The position numbers and the translations under genes were made by a program. The notes beneath the pieces are model-generated. The model was not told the DNA's origin. It saw nothing but the letters and a program-made list of their open reading frames with translations, and ran no database searches. A stretch of DNA of 64,000 bases from Candidatus Multivoradales bacterium (GTDB taxonomy: Bacteria; Acidobacteriota; Thermoanaerobaculia; Multivoradales; JAHEKO01): contig CBDFIJ010000004.1 of the NCBI GenBank assembly GCA_965248055.1, forward strand, positions 1,120,001 through 1,184,000. The letters are read 5' to 3'. This document shows positions 35,565-47,040 of this stretch, one piece after another (the first letter of the stretch is position 1; every line of letters begins with the position of its first letter).

Positions 35565-37061
35565 CTAAAATCCGCGGCGCTGCAGTGTTCTGCGGTCGAT
35601 CCCGAGAAGGCGCGCCGCACGAGACTTGTTTCCGCCGGCGACTGCCAGCACGCGCTTGATGTGGCGCTTTTCGACTGTCTGAAGATCCAAGGGGGTTGGA
35701 CCCAACAGATCAGAAGCTGAACCCAGCAGGGAGCGCACCATTTCGGCGCCCACTTCTGCTTCGCTAGCGAGCGACAGCGCGGCCTCGACCAGATTCTTTA
35801 ACTCACGAACATTGCCCGGATAATCGTGGGCAACCAGTAGTGCGACTGCCTCTGGGGAAAACGTTGACGGTTGCATGTTTTCGCGCTCGCCAAAATTCTT
35901 GGCGAAGTGGCGGACCAAGTAGGGGATGTCCTCACGGCGCTCACGCAACGGAGGGACTCGCACTTCAACCCCTTTTAGGCGGTAGTACAAGTCCTCACGA
36001 AACGACCCGTCGACCAGCTTGGCTTCCAAGTCTTGGTGGGTTGCCGAGACCACCCGAACATCCACCTTGATTGGCCGCATGCCACCCACTCGGGTGATCG
36101 TTCCCTCCTCCAAGGCGCGCAACAGCTTTACCTGTAGTGCTGGCTCCAAGTCGCCAATTTCATCCAGGAACAGCGTTCCTCTGTCGGCCAACTCAAACTG
36201 ACCTCGGCGTTCGCGAACTCCGGTAGCCACCCCGCGCTCGATTCCGAACAACTCGCTCTCCAGCAAGGATTCGGGGAGCGCCGCGCAATTGATCGCCACC
36301 AACGGACCCGACCGACCAGAGAGACCGTGAACCACCCGTGCCATCAGCTCCTTACCGGTTCCGCTTTCGCCACGGACCAAAACACTGATTACCCGAGGGG
36401 CGACCCGGCCGAGGATTTCCATTGCCTCCGCAAGTGGCCGAGCATGGGCTACCACTTGAGTGCCGATGTCCACTTCGGTCCAAGCTGAGCGCAAGGCACG
36501 ATTTTCTTCTTCCAGGGACTGATTGCGCGCCGACAGGGCATTGACCCGCCTCACCCCTGCCACCGCTCGAGCCATCAACACCGCCACCGACTCCAAAAAT
36601 CGACGATCTTCGTCAGAGAAACGAGTGACCCCGCCAGCGCGATCTTCTTTGTCGATCACCGCCAGCATTCCCAAACAATCACCGCCCTGCATCACCGGCG
36701 CCGCGAGCAGATTCTGATGCTCCAATCCAGCCAATTGACCTCGATCCAGTTGTTGGGTCAACCCTTGAGAAAGCGCCCCTTGCCACAAATCGGAAGCCAG
36801 CACAGAGGACAAATCCGGCTGCTTGATTCCCCAGCCAACGTGGGCCAGCGCCCCCGGCACGCCATCGACAATGCCATCCACGCTTGGCTTCGGTGTGGTC
36901 CAAGCAACCGCCGCCGACGGATCCAACACTGAACAAACACGCTCAAGAACCCCTTCTACCAACTCGGGCTCTGGACCGGAGACGTGCAGAGCGAGGTCGT
37001 AGAGAGTCTCCAATTGCAGCGTGCGCCGCTTGTCGCTAAAGGTGACTCCGAACGGACTCAT
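35565..37061 (-). CDS. GAF plus sigma54-dependent activator (Fis family)
   Basis: GESGTGKE, ESELFG, GVATGV (GAFTGA variant), LFLDEIG, YPGNVREL, C-terminal HTH. Confidence 0.95.
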   Translation of the reverse strand: MSPFGVTFSDKRRTLQLETLYDLALHVSGPEPELVEGVLERVCSVLDPSAAVAWTTPKPSVDGIVDGVPGALAHVGWGIKQPDLSSVLASDLWQGALSQGLTQQLDRGQLAGLEHQNLLAAPVMQGGDCLGMLAVIDKEDRAGGVTRFSDEDRRFLESVAVLMARAVAGVRRVNALSARNQSLEEENRALRSAWTEVDIGTQVVAHARPLAEAMEILGRVAPRVISVLVRGESGTGKELMARVVHGLSGRSGPLVAINCAALPESLLESELFGIERGVATGVRERRGQFELADRGTLFLDEIGDLEPALQVKLLRALEEGTITRVGGMRPIKVDVRVVSATHQDLEAKLVDGSFREDLYYRLKGVEVRVPPLRERREDIPYLVRHFAKNFGERENMQPSTFSPEAVALLVAHDYPGNVRELKNLVEAALSLASEAEVGAEMVRSLLGSASDLLGPTPLDLQTVEKRHIKRVLAVAGGNKSRAARLLGIDRRTLQRRGF

Positions 37062-37177
37062 TAATTTCTTGACGCTCCAAACGCCTCTATCAAATTAGCT
37101 TATCGCGCCGTTGCCAGGATCGCGAATGCTGCGCCAGATTTGCAACATGGACGGTGCCCCAGGGTCTTAACCGCGAT

Positions 37178-39994
37178 CTAGCTCAGCATTTGCCGCAGAT
37201 AAGCTGAGGTGTAGCCCTTGCGGCTCGCAGCGATCTGCTCCGGCGTACCTTCAGCAATCACCATCCCGCCACCGTCCCCGCCCTCAGGCCCTAGATCGAG
37301 AATCCAGTCGGCGGTCTTGATGACGTCTAGATTGTGCTCGATCACCACCACCGTATTGCCGCGATCGACCAGTCGATGCAGCAAAGCCAGGAGCTTGGCG
37401 ATGTCGTCGAAATGAAGCCCTGTGGTGGGTTCATCCAGAATGTAAAGCGTCTGCCCCGTGGCACGCTTGCACAGCTCGCGCGCCAACTTAGTGCGCTGGG
37501 CTTCCCCGCCGGACAAGGTGGTCGCCGGTTGCCCCAGGCGCAGGTATCCCAGACCGACGTCGTCCAGAGTGCCGACGATCCGTTCGATCGCAGGAATGTG
37601 AGCGAAAAAGACCCTGGCCTCTTCGACTGTGAGATCTAGAATCTCAGCTATATTGCGATCCTTGTAGGTCACCGCCAACGTTTCCCGGTCATAGCGGCTT
37701 CCGCCACAGATGTCGCAGGTGACGTAGACGTCGGGCAGGAAGTGCATCTCGATCTTAAGTTGTCCATCCCCGCTGCACGCCTCGCACCGACCGCCTTTGA
37801 CATTGAAGCTAAAGCGACCCGGTTTGTAACCGCGCGCTCGAGCTTCCGGAGTTTGAGCCATCAGGTTGCGAATCGCTCCAAAAACATTGGTATAGGTCGC
37901 CGGGTTGGATCGTGGCGTGCGCCCAATCGGGCTCTGGTCGATGCCAATCACTTTGTCCAACTGGTCCAGTCCGTCAATCTGATCGTGATCGCCGGGGCGT
38001 TCGTTGGACCTATACAGAGCTTGCGCCAGAGCTGGGTAGAGGATTTCGTTAACCAGGCTCGACTTGCCGGACCCAGAGACGCCAGTGACTGCGATCAGCA
38101 TGCCCAAAGGGAATCGCCCATCGATCTCTTTCAGGTTGTTGTGGCGGGCTCCGCGCACCACAACCTCACCGCCCGACCCAGGACGTCGCTGTTCGGGAAT
38201 GGGAATCACTTTCTCGCGCCGCAGATACTGGGCGGTCAACGAGTCCGAGGTCTTCTCGATTTCGCCCGGCAGCCCTTGAGAAACCACTTCTCCCCCGTGG
38301 ACCCCGGCGCCAGGTCCCAAATCAATCACCCAATCCGCAGCACGAATGGTGGCCTCATCGTGCTCAACAACCAATACTGAGTTGCCCAGATCGCGCATCC
38401 CTTGGAGAGTGCGGATTAGTCGATCGTTGTCGCGCTGATGTAGCCCAATCGACGGCTCGTCTAAGACATAGAGAACCCCCATCAACTTGGAGCCAATTTG
38501 CGTCGCCAAACGAATTCTTTGACTCTCGCCTCCCGACAGCGTGCCCGAGGATCGTTCTAGGGTCAGATAGCCAACCCCGACGTCGTCTAGGAACCGCAGC
38601 CGGTCCATTACCTCTTTCATAATCTTGCCCGCGATCTCCTGCTCGCGAGATTGCAGCTTGAGTTGATCCAACTCCTTGCGCAGCGCCGCAACCGACATCC
38701 TGGACCAGTCGGAGACCGAAGCGCCATGGACCTTGATCGCCAGCGCCTCTGGCTTCAGGCGATGCCCGTCACAGGAAGGGCAAACCTGAATCGACATGTA
38801 GCGTTCAATTTCAGCACGGACCATTGCCGAGTCGGTGTCGTGATAGCGACGGGTCAAAAGCGGAACAATCCCTTCGTAGCTACCTTCCCAGGCATAATTG
38901 GACTTCTTCCCCTGAATCTCAAAGGTCAGCTCGATGTCGCCACTGCCCAACAAGATGGTCTCTTTCACCTTGGCGGGGAGCCGATTCCACGGAGTATCGA
39001 GATCGAAGCCAAGATGCGCGGCCAGGGTTTCGATCATGCGCATCCGCCAAGACTTGGAACCCGCAGGCCACGGTGCGATCGCCCCTGCGGAAATCCCTCG
39101 TTCAGGGTCGGCGATCACCTTGTCCGGGTCCACCCGCATCAAGGTGCCGAGGCCGTTGCACTCCTGACAGGCGCCGTGAGGGCTGTTAAACGAGAACAAC
39201 CGCGGAGTCACTTCGGCCAGACCGCTGCCACAGTTGGAGCACGCGTAGTTTCGCGACAGTAGCTCCTCGTCGTACCCCTCGGCAGCCACCGCCAACAGCC
39301 CAGAGGAGACCTTGAGCGCGGTTTCGATGGAATCGGCGGCGCGCTGTTCGACCTCTGGCTTGATCACCAATCGATCGATCACGACGTCGATGTCGTGTCT
39401 ACGCTTTTTGTCCAACTTGGGTGGGTCGCCCGAGAGTTCCACCAGCTCACCGTCGACCCGCGCACGGATGAAGCCTTCCTTGGCCATCCTTTCCAACTGC
39501 CGGCGGTACTCTCCCTTTTTCCCGCGCACGTAGGGGGCGTACAGCACCACCCGTGTGCCCTCGGGAAAACTCATCACCCGATCGACCATCTGCTGCACCG
39601 TCTGGGGTTGCACCACCAATCCACATTTGGGGCAATGAGGTATACCGATCGAAGAAAACAGCAAGCGGAGATAGTCGTGAATCTCGGTCACCGTACCGAC
39701 CGTTGAGCGCGGATTTCTCGACACCGACTTCTGTTCGATCGAAATCGCCGGCGACAGCCCCTCGATCGCGTCGACATCCGGTTTTTCTGTCTGCTGGAGA
39801 AACTGGCGGGCATAGGACGAAAGAGATTCGACGTAGCGTCGTTGGCCCTCGGCAAACAAAGTGTCGAAAGCCAGGGATGACTTGCCGGAACCCGATACCC
39901 CGGTGATCACCACCAACTGATTGCGCGGAATCTCCAGGTTGATGTTCTTGAGGTTGTGTTCGCGCGCTCCGCGGATACCGATGTACTCCGTCAC
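37178..39994 (-). CDS. uvrA: Excinuclease ABC subunit A
   Basis: GAREHNLKN, two [10 protein letters not shown] Walker A motifs, zinc fingers, LSGGE signatures. Confidence 0.99.
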   Translation of the reverse strand: MTEYIGIRGAREHNLKNINLEIPRNQLVVITGVSGSGKSSLAFDTLFAEGQRRYVESLSSYARQFLQQTEKPDVDAIEGLSPAISIEQKSVSRNPRSTVGTVTEIHDYLRLLFSSIGIPHCPKCGLVVQPQTVQQMVDRVMSFPEGTRVVLYAPYVRGKKGEYRRQLERMAKEGFIRARVDGELVELSGDPPKLDKKRRHDIDVVIDRLVIKPEVEQRAADSIETALKVSSGLLAVAAEGYDEELLSRNYACSNCGSGLAEVTPRLFSFNSPHGACQECNGLGTLMRVDPDKVIADPERGISAGAIAPWPAGSKSWRMRMIETLAAHLGFDLDTPWNRLPAKVKETILLGSGDIELTFEIQGKKSNYAWEGSYEGIVPLLTRRYHDTDSAMVRAEIERYMSIQVCPSCDGHRLKPEALAIKVHGASVSDWSRMSVAALRKELDQLKLQSREQEIAGKIMKEVMDRLRFLDDVGVGYLTLERSSGTLSGGESQRIRLATQIGSKLMGVLYVLDEPSIGLHQRDNDRLIRTLQGMRDLGNSVLVVEHDEATIRAADWVIDLGPGAGVHGGEVVSQGLPGEIEKTSDSLTAQYLRREKVIPIPEQRRPGSGGEVVVRGARHNNLKEIDGRFPLGMLIAVTGVSGSGKSSLVNEILYPALAQALYRSNERPGDHDQIDGLDQLDKVIGIDQSPIGRTPRSNPATYTNVFGAIRNLMAQTPEARARGYKPGRFSFNVKGGRCEACSGDGQLKIEMHFLPDVYVTCDICGGSRYDRETLAVTYKDRNIAEILDLTVEEARVFFAHIPAIERIVGTLDDVGLGYLRLGQPATTLSGGEAQRTKLARELCKRATGQTLYILDEPTTGLHFDDIAKLLALLHRLVDRGNTVVVIEHNLDVIKTADWILDLGPEGGDGGGMVIAEGTPEQIAASRKGYTSAYLRQMLS

Positions 39995-40446
39995 TTCTGC
40001 CTCCGCGCCATCGCCTCTTCTGCTTCTCGATCCATGATTCGTTTCTTTGCAGCCGCGCGTTTGTCGTGCAACTGCTTGCCACGCGCGACCCCGATCTCAA
40101 TTTTCACCAAGTGCCCCTTGAGATAGACCGACAGGGGCACCACGGTTTGCCCTTTGCGTTGAATCGCACCTGCTAGGCGGTCAATCTCACGCCGACTCAA
40201 GAGCAACTTGCGAACCCGCTCTGGATCGTGATTGGCATCGGTGCCATGCGAATAGGGAGAGATATGGGCTCCCACCAACCACGGCTCGTCGCTGCGGATC
40301 TCGACGTAGGCGTCGCGCAACTGGACGCGCCCAGCGCGGATCGACTTCACTTCGGTTCCGGCCAGAACCACCCCCGCTTCGAGTGTTTCGTCGATATGGT
40401 ATTCGTGGCGTGCACGGCGATTAGCGGCGAGAACTTTGTGACTCAT
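39991..40446 (-). CDS. smpB: SsrA-binding protein
   Basis: NRRARHEY, GTEVKSIR, RKLLL, GKQLHDKR. Confidence 0.98.
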   Translation of the reverse strand: MSHKVLAANRRARHEYHIDETLEAGVVLAGTEVKSIRAGRVQLRDAYVEIRSDEPWLVGAHISPYSHGTDANHDPERVRKLLLSRREIDRLAGAIQRKGQTVVPLSVYLKGHLVKIEIGVARGKQLHDKRAAAKKRIMDREAEEAMARRQK

Positions 40447-40530
40447 GAGGAATTCGGGTTGAACGGGAACTCCAGTTGGGGCCCGAACCGCGCAGTCTAC
40501 CTTCTTCTTCGCGTGCTAGAGTCCCGCCGG

Positions 40531-41145
40531 ATGAGCGCCCCGAGCGCCCTTAAGGCCTCAGCCCTAGCGGGTCTCATCGTCCTCGTCCTCCTTGCTCCTG
40601 CGACCGTGGCGGCGGACGACGGCGACGACCCAGCGATCTCGCAACTTTCTGCAGTTGTCCGAGAAGGGCGTTTGTACGTCGACCTGCTTGCCACCCAGGT
40701 CCTCGACCCCAACAGTTTGAGCCGCCTTGAGTCCGGACTTCCGATCAATCTTGAGTTTGAGGTCGAGGTGCGTAACGAGCGGCCTGGATGGTTCAACAAG
40801 TCATTGGCTTCCGCCCAGGTAGAACTGCAGACGGTCTACGACGCGGTCACCCGAGAGTACACGGTCACCCGACGCATCGACGGCGAACTGATTGACGTCT
40901 CGGCAGCTCGAAGCGTCGAAGAGTTGGAGCCGATGGTCTCGCAATTGGCTGAGTTCGTGGTCCTACAGGTGGCCGACCTCAGTCTGGGTTCGTCGCCGAT
41001 CGTGCGCGCTCGACTGGTCACCCGGCGTCGAACTTGGCTGTGGGTGTTCCCGGCTGTGGCCGCGAGTGCGTGGCAAACGACGCCCTTGACCCTGGACTCT
41101 GTCCTCGAACGGCCGGCCCTCGAACAGCCCGAACCAGAGTCATGA
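40531..41145 (+). CDS. DUF4390 family exported protein
   Basis: Signal peptide, LESGLPI, YDAVTREY; sits upstream of an NtrY-like kinase, as is usual for this family. Confidence 0.75.
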   Translation: MSAPSALKASALAGLIVLVLLAPATVAADDGDDPAISQLSAVVREGRLYVDLLATQVLDPNSLSRLESGLPINLEFEVEVRNERPGWFNKSLASAQVELQTVYDAVTREYTVTRRIDGELIDVSAARSVEELEPMVSQLAEFVVLQVADLSLGSSPIVRARLVTRRRTWLWVFPAVAASAWQTTPLTLDSVLERPALEQPEPES

Positions 41146-41170
41146 TCGCTCGCTCGCCACGCACTCAAAG

Positions 41171-43330
41171 ATGAGCCCTGATCAGCGACCGCCGCGTTCC
41201 TTGGACGGCAGGTTGATTGCCCTCGGCGTGATCGTCATCCTGATCGCGTTGCCGCTGCTGATCGATTTCTTTCAAAGAAAGGCTGACCCCTTCAGTGGTC
41301 GCGGGCTGGAAGGAAATTCGCTTTGGATCTTGCTGGCGATCACGCTGGTCGCAGCCTTGATCCTGTTCGCCGCGGTGCTGCGAGCCGGGGCTCGGCTGTG
41401 GATGCGGCGGCGCCATTTTCGCCATGGGGTATTCGGCTCGCTGTGGCTGACGATTTACCTCGCCTCGATGATCTCTCTGTTGTTATGGATGGGTGTCGGA
41501 GTCTTGATGATCAAAGGCGTAGAACGGGTGTGGTCAGACCCAACCATGCAGTCGGTGCTAACCCAGGGGCACTCCCTGGCCCAGGCGTTTGCCGAACAGG
41601 TGGAAAGTACAACCCAACGCGACGCTCGCCTGGTCGCCGCTGCCTCCGAGGCAAACGTTGCCTCGCTCTCCCCGGACCGCTTGGGACGTCACCTGCGCGG
41701 CCTGCTGGAGCGCTTCGACATCGACTATTTGGCGGTCTATGAAGGCAACGCGTTCGTCCACGCAGTGCTCGACCCCGACGCCGGATTGGGCGATCTACCC
41801 GAGCCAGGCAGCGCATTTCTGGCCAACGTAATAGCCGACGGCGAAGCGGTTCGCATGCCGCCGCGCCAGCGGGGTCGGCTGGTGATCGCCGGCCAACGAC
41901 TCGCCGACACCGACCCAGCGACGGTGATTTTGGTAGGGAACGTGTTGGAACCACGTGTGGTGGACCAAAGGAGAACTTTGGTCGAGGCCTATCAAGGCCT
42001 ACGCAGAATCGAACTCGACAAGAAAAAGTGGACGATCCTGGGATACAGCCTGTTGGCGATCTTGGGGCTAGTTGGTCCGGCACTCACCTTCGTCATCGCC
42101 AGATCGGTCGGCGAACATTTCGACCGCTCGGTTGGGGCTTTAGAAAAAGCCACCGAACGGCTAGCGCGGGGCGACCTCGAACACCGGATCGACGCCGAGT
42201 CGGGGGATGAACTCGGCCTGCTGACCGCGCGCTTCAACGCGATGGCAGACGAGCTAGAGACTCGTGACCAAGCCGTGGAAACCGCCCACCGCGAAACCCA
42301 GGCAGAACGCGCCTTGGCCCAAGCAGTCAACGAGGGTGTTGCCGCCGGAGTGATCGCCATCGATGATCAATCGCGAATCACAGTGCTCAACCGGGTCGCA
42401 CGGGAGTTGTTGGCTTTGGGTTCTGGACCGATACTCGGCCACCCAATCGCCGAAGTGCTGACCGACCTAGGCCTGGACTCCCTAGCCGAGATCGCGACCG
42501 GGCCGATCGAGCAACGGCGCAGTGAGATCCGGGCAACCGTGGGCGGACGACTCAAAGTCTTTGACGTCAAGCTGCGAGAACTGCGTGACACCGAGGGTCA
42601 CCACACCGGGCGCGTCATGGTTCTCGAAGATCTCACCAACCTGATTCAAGCCAAAGAAAGTGGCGCCTGGAGGGATGCGGCGCGCAAAGTAGCCCATGAA
42701 ATTCGCAACCCGCTCACCCCGATCCAACTCTCTGCAGAGAGGCTGAAGAAAAAGTCACTGGCAAACGATGTCGACCTGCCACTCGCGGTCACCGACGCGG
42801 CGGACACCATCGTTGCAGAAGTGCAGACCATGAAACGGATGGTGGATGAATTTTCCCAATACGCACGCCTGGCTCCGCCGAGCCCCAAACCTACCGACAT
42901 TGTCGACCTGATCGACTCCACCGCTCGCTTCTACCAGGACGTCATGCCTGGGGTCAGTGTCACCGCCATCGGTGACCGTGAGATTGGCAGCGCAGTCGTG
43001 GATCGCGATCAGATTCGGCGGGTGCTCAATAACCTGGTCGAGAACGCTGTGGACGCTGCCGCCGACGCAGAAAATCAAGGCATTGTCACTCTGTCGGCCA
43101 CCACCGACGGCGACGCGCTAGTCCTGGAAGTGGCCGACAATGGCATTGGCCTCTCCGACGAACAAAAGAGCAAGATGTTCCTTCCCCACTTTTCCACCAA
43201 GCGCCGCGGATCAGGGTTAGGGCTGGCGATCGCCGAACGCATCATCAGCGAACACCAGGGGGCGATCGAGGTACGCGACAACCAGCCGCGTGGCACCGTT
43301 GTTTCGCTGCGGCTCCCCAGAAGAATCTAA
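41171..43330 (+). CDS. NtrY-like sensor histidine kinase (HAMP, PAS)
   Basis: AWRDAARKVAHEIRNPLTPIQLSAERL, DNGIG, GSGLGL. Confidence 0.93.
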   Translation: MSPDQRPPRSLDGRLIALGVIVILIALPLLIDFFQRKADPFSGRGLEGNSLWILLAITLVAALILFAAVLRAGARLWMRRRHFRHGVFGSLWLTIYLASMISLLLWMGVGVLMIKGVERVWSDPTMQSVLTQGHSLAQAFAEQVESTTQRDARLVAAASEANVASLSPDRLGRHLRGLLERFDIDYLAVYEGNAFVHAVLDPDAGLGDLPEPGSAFLANVIADGEAVRMPPRQRGRLVIAGQRLADTDPATVILVGNVLEPRVVDQRRTLVEAYQGLRRIELDKKKWTILGYSLLAILGLVGPALTFVIARSVGEHFDRSVGALEKATERLARGDLEHRIDAESGDELGLLTARFNAMADELETRDQAVETAHRETQAERALAQAVNEGVAAGVIAIDDQSRITVLNRVARELLALGSGPILGHPIAEVLTDLGLDSLAEIATGPIEQRRSEIRATVGGRLKVFDVKLRELRDTEGHHTGRVMVLEDLTNLIQAKESGAWRDAARKVAHEIRNPLTPIQLSAERLKKKSLANDVDLPLAVTDAADTIVAEVQTMKRMVDEFSQYARLAPPSPKPTDIVDLIDSTARFYQDVMPGVSVTAIGDREIGSAVVDRDQIRRVLNNLVENAVDAAADAENQGIVTLSATTDGDALVLEVADNGIGLSDEQKSKMFLPHFSTKRRGSGLGLAIAERIISEHQGAIEVRDNQPRGTVVSLRLPRRI

Positions 43331-43419
43331 TCCAGTCGAACACCTGGTCTGGGGCCTAATCGGCTGACCCCGGCCATTCGGTGAACCTCACTGATTCCCA
43401 ACCACCCTATAATCGACCC

Positions 43420-43869
43420 ATGCCGACTACCCAAGAATCTCTCCAAGCGGACCTGCATCGTGCGATGAAAGAGCGTGACCGAATTCGGTCTTCGACGCTA
43501 CGATTGCTGCTCACCGATGTTAAGAATCAAACGATCGCCAACGGTGGCGAACTGTCCGACCAAGACTTCGCGACCTTGGTGCGGCGCGGACTCAAACGTC
43601 GTACGGAAGCCGCCGAGCAGTACCAGGCCGGCGAACGCCACGAGCTAGCGCAACAAGAAAGGGCCGAAGCGGCGATTCTGGAAGAATATCTACCAGCTCA
43701 GGTCGATGAAGCAACTTTGTGCTCTGCGATCGATGCTTTGATCACTGAGCAGGATCTGTCCGGACCACGCGCCCTAGGCCAGGTGATGAAAGAGATCATG
43801 GCGCGCTACGCCGGGCAAACCGATGGCGGTACCGTCAGCCGCCTGGCTCGCGAAGCTCTCGGTGACTAG
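43420..43869 (+). CDS. GatB/YqeY domain protein
   Basis: AMKERD, EAAILEEYLP, GQVMK. Confidence 0.92.
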   Translation: MPTTQESLQADLHRAMKERDRIRSSTLRLLLTDVKNQTIANGGELSDQDFATLVRRGLKRRTEAAEQYQAGERHELAQQERAEAAILEEYLPAQVDEATLCSAIDALITEQDLSGPRALGQVMKEIMARYAGQTDGGTVSRLAREALGD

Positions 43870-43928
43870 CCGATCCTGCGCACCAGCGTGATCCACCTCG
43901 GAAGGTTGAGTACTGGAGCCGACCTGTT

Positions 43929-45806
43929 TTGAACAAGATCATCATCGGCACCGCCGGTCACGTCGACCATGGCAAAACCAGCTTGATCAAAGCCCTAACC
44001 GGCATTGACTGCGATCGCTGGGCTGAAGAAAAAACCAGAGGCATCACTCTCGATCTTGGGTTCGCTCATCTCACCGAAGGATCCACCCAGCTCAGTTTTG
44101 TTGACGTCCCAGGGCATGAGCGATTTCTGCACAACGCATTGGCGGGACTGGGCGGCATTCGCACTTTGCTGCTGGTGATCGACGTTCAGGAAGGAGTCAG
44201 ACCGCAAACTATTGAACACTTGGAGATAGCGCGCTTGCTGGGGATCGAACAGATCATCATCGCGGCGTCCAAAATAGACAGCGCGGATGCTGAGTGGGTG
44301 GACTTAGTCAGTGCTGAAATCCGGGAATTCATCTCAAAGCATGGCTATCTCGACGCCCCTATCCATCGGGTTTCAGCGGTCACCGGAGAGGGCCTGGAAG
44401 ACCTCAAGGCAGACTTGCTGCGGGCCGGCGAACAAACACAAGCCGATCACCGGCCCGTTCGCTTGCCGGTGGATCGAGCCTTCCAGGTACTCGGTCGTGG
44501 CAGCGTGGTCACCGCTTCTCCCGCTGCTGGTCAAGTCGCCGAGGGGGCCGAGTTGTCGATCAACGGTAGCGCTTCCAAGGTCAAAGTGCGACAAATCGAA
44601 GTTCATGGCCAACCGCGTCCGACCGCTTCCGTGGGCGAGCGGATAGCGCTGCAAATTTCCGGAGCGCACCCTGACCAAGTACCGCGAGGAACCCAGCTGG
44701 TAGAGCCCGACGGCTACCTCACCAGCAAAGTGATCGCGGGGCAGTTGACCTTGCTTTCAGACGCTCCCGACCTTGAGTCAACGCGTGACGTCCGGCTGCA
44801 CCTGTTCTCCGCCGACTTGGCGGCCAGGGTGCGCCCTTTGGCCGGCACAATCCACGCCGGGGAAACTGGCTGGGTCGAACTGATCATCGGCCAACGCACG
44901 GCTATCGCGGTGGGTGATCGGGCCATTCTCCGCCGCCCTTCCCCCGCCTCGACTCTGGGAGGTCTGGTGGTTGTGGACCCTGCTTGGCGTCGACCCAGAG
45001 GCCAAAGAATGGCAACCGCACTGGCACTCTTGAAAAGCGGCGACGATGGCCTGATGCGCTGGTGGGCAGCCGACAAGCGAAGCTCCGGCGTTTCTACCCA
45101 AGAAGTAGCACGCAGACTTGGACAACCTGCCGAGCTGGCAACGGTGAGCCTCAAACGACTCACCGCCGACGGTCATCTGATCGAACTCCATGGCGAACAA
45201 TGGGCCGCGCCACAGGTGATCAAAGAACTTTCCAAATCCGCCGCCACGCAACTCGACGAGTTTCATCGAGCCCAGCCCCTGGAACCAGGCATGCCCAAGG
45301 CCGAGTTCATCCGACGACTTCTCCCGAGCACAGCAAGCCCACAAGCCCACCTGGACCTTCTAGCCTCGATGCAGTTGATCGAGATCAGCGGCCAGTACGT
45401 CCGTCGACCGCAGTCCGGATCAAGTCTCAACACAGCCCAAAAGACCCTGGCAAATCGCCTCGCCCAGGAACTCGATGACCTCGGCTTCACGGTTCCATCC
45501 CCGGCAGAGTTGGCGCGCAAGCTGGACGCCAAACCCCAAGTCATTGAAGGGCTGCTGCACTACCTCATGAGGCAAGGGACGGCGGTCAAACTGCCGAGTG
45601 GACTTTGGCTCTCGGCCAGCACCATCCAGCGGACCCTCAGCGACCTTCAGGGCAGCGGCTGGCAGAGCTTCACCGTGGGTGAGTTCAAAGGCCGCTACGG
45701 CCTCTCCCGCAAGTGGGCGATTCCGTTGTTGGAGCATTTCGACTCCATGGGTGCCACTGCGCGCCAGGGCGATGGCCGAATCTTGACAACTACTAAACAG
45801 TCTTGA
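43929..45806 (+). CDS. selB: Selenocysteine-specific elongation factor
   Basis: GTAGHVDHGKT, EEKTRGITLDLGF, DVPGHERF; C-terminal SRKWAIPLLEHFD winged helix. Confidence 0.96.
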   Translation: MNKIIIGTAGHVDHGKTSLIKALTGIDCDRWAEEKTRGITLDLGFAHLTEGSTQLSFVDVPGHERFLHNALAGLGGIRTLLLVIDVQEGVRPQTIEHLEIARLLGIEQIIIAASKIDSADAEWVDLVSAEIREFISKHGYLDAPIHRVSAVTGEGLEDLKADLLRAGEQTQADHRPVRLPVDRAFQVLGRGSVVTASPAAGQVAEGAELSINGSASKVKVRQIEVHGQPRPTASVGERIALQISGAHPDQVPRGTQLVEPDGYLTSKVIAGQLTLLSDAPDLESTRDVRLHLFSADLAARVRPLAGTIHAGETGWVELIIGQRTAIAVGDRAILRRPSPASTLGGLVVVDPAWRRPRGQRMATALALLKSGDDGLMRWWAADKRSSGVSTQEVARRLGQPAELATVSLKRLTADGHLIELHGEQWAAPQVIKELSKSAATQLDEFHRAQPLEPGMPKAEFIRRLLPSTASPQAHLDLLASMQLIEISGQYVRRPQSGSSLNTAQKTLANRLAQELDDLGFTVPSPAELARKLDAKPQVIEGLLHYLMRQGTAVKLPSGLWLSASTIQRTLSDLQGSGWQSFTVGEFKGRYGLSRKWAIPLLEHFDSMGATARQGDGRILTTTKQS

Positions 45807-45926
45807 AAGAGAGAAAACGCCGCCGTTCGCCAGACTGAAGTGGATCAACAACATCGACCCAGAGCCTCTACCCGAGACCTCGGATCGTAGGGTCGGGGAA
45901 GTGCTGAGCGGGTTACAATCACCGCC

Positions 45927-46313
45927 GTGCGAACCACCGACCTTGCTCTATTCGTCCTTCGCGTCGGCACCGGCGCCTCGATGCTCTTTGGCCACGGAAT
46001 TCCCAAGCTGGTGAAATTTGCCGAGTTATCTGCCGCGTTCCCCGATCCGCTGGGGATCGGCTCCACCGCTAGCCTCAGCCTGGCGATCTTGGGCGAAGTG
46101 GTCGCAGCGTTGGCCCTAATTCTCGGTTTCTACAGTCGCTGGGCGGCTGTAGTGATGGCAACCACGATGGGGGTAGCCCTTTTCATACACTTGGCGGGCG
46201 CTCAGTTTGCCGAACGGGAACTGGCGATCCTCTACCTCGTGCCCTTGATCACGATCATGATCGCAGGGCCTGGGCGCTGGTCGGTGACCAAACCGCGCAA
46301 GACCAGCCTTTAA
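45927..46313 (+). CDS. DoxX family membrane protein
   Basis: LRVGTG..HGIPKL, ELAILY, GPGRWSV. Confidence 0.92.
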   Translation: MRTTDLALFVLRVGTGASMLFGHGIPKLVKFAELSAAFPDPLGIGSTASLSLAILGEVVAALALILGFYSRWAAVVMATTMGVALFIHLAGAQFAERELAILYLVPLITIMIAGPGRWSVTKPRKTSL

Positions 46314-46324
46314 GTCGCAGTCCA

Positions 46325-46873
46325 CTACTTCGGTTTGGGAAGCGGGCACAACAACGCCCCCTCGTGGACTAGCAACCATTCCTTGATCGCCAGTCCCCCA
46401 CCGTAGCCGACTAAAGATCCATCCGAACCGATTACCCGATGGCAGGGAATGATGATCGGGATGGGGTTTTGACCATTGGCGTGGCCAACTGCCCGAGAAG
46501 CACCCGAGTCGCCCAACTTATCGGCGACTTGACCATAGCTCCAGGTAACACCATAGGGGATACTAGTTAGAGCCTGCCACACCGACTGTTCAAAAGAGCC
46601 ACCTCGCAAATCTAGCGGCAAATCAAAGTCATTCCGTTGATGATCGAAATACTGCTGTAGTTGACGGCGAATTGTTTCGGTCGCTCGATCGTCATGGACC
46701 GGTTCCAAGTCCAACGCCGCCAAGTGGTCGGTCCAATGTGGAATCGACGACTCCACCGCCAGAAAGTCGATTCGCATCAGCACGCCGCTCGAACCAACGA
46801 CCAAGCCCAGATCACCAACCGGCGTTTGCATGATCGAGTAACTAACAGCTTCCATGAATAGCTCCCAATGCAA
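46325..46873 (-). CDS. ogt: Methylated-DNA-protein-cysteine methyltransferase
   Basis: IPYG, RAVG, IPCHRV. Start may be at 46855. Confidence 0.95.
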   Translation of the reverse strand: MHWELFMEAVSYSIMQTPVGDLGLVVGSSGVLMRIDFLAVESSIPHWTDHLAALDLEPVHDDRATETIRRQLQQYFDHQRNDFDLPLDLRGGSFEQSVWQALTSIPYGVTWSYGQVADKLGDSGASRAVGHANGQNPIPIIIPCHRVIGSDGSLVGYGGGLAIKEWLLVHEGALLCPLPKPK

Positions 46874-47040
46874 ACCATCATACCTATAGCAGAAGGCATC
46901 GATGACCCTAATCAGCGCTGGTGGCGCGGCATCCGTCTTGCAAACGCCAGCCCAGGGGACAGAAGTTCAAAATCATTCAAAAAGGCGAGCTTGGGGATCA
47001 TCCCGCCGCGTGTTTCAGACCTCCAAAGACTACTAATAAA

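Noticed and set aside
39991-40530. tmRNA gene next to smpB; also the long 40228 start for the DUF4390 gene
   Set aside because: There is no room or tRNA-like ends for ssrA; the long start overlaps smpB, whereas ATG 40531 gives a clean signal peptide.
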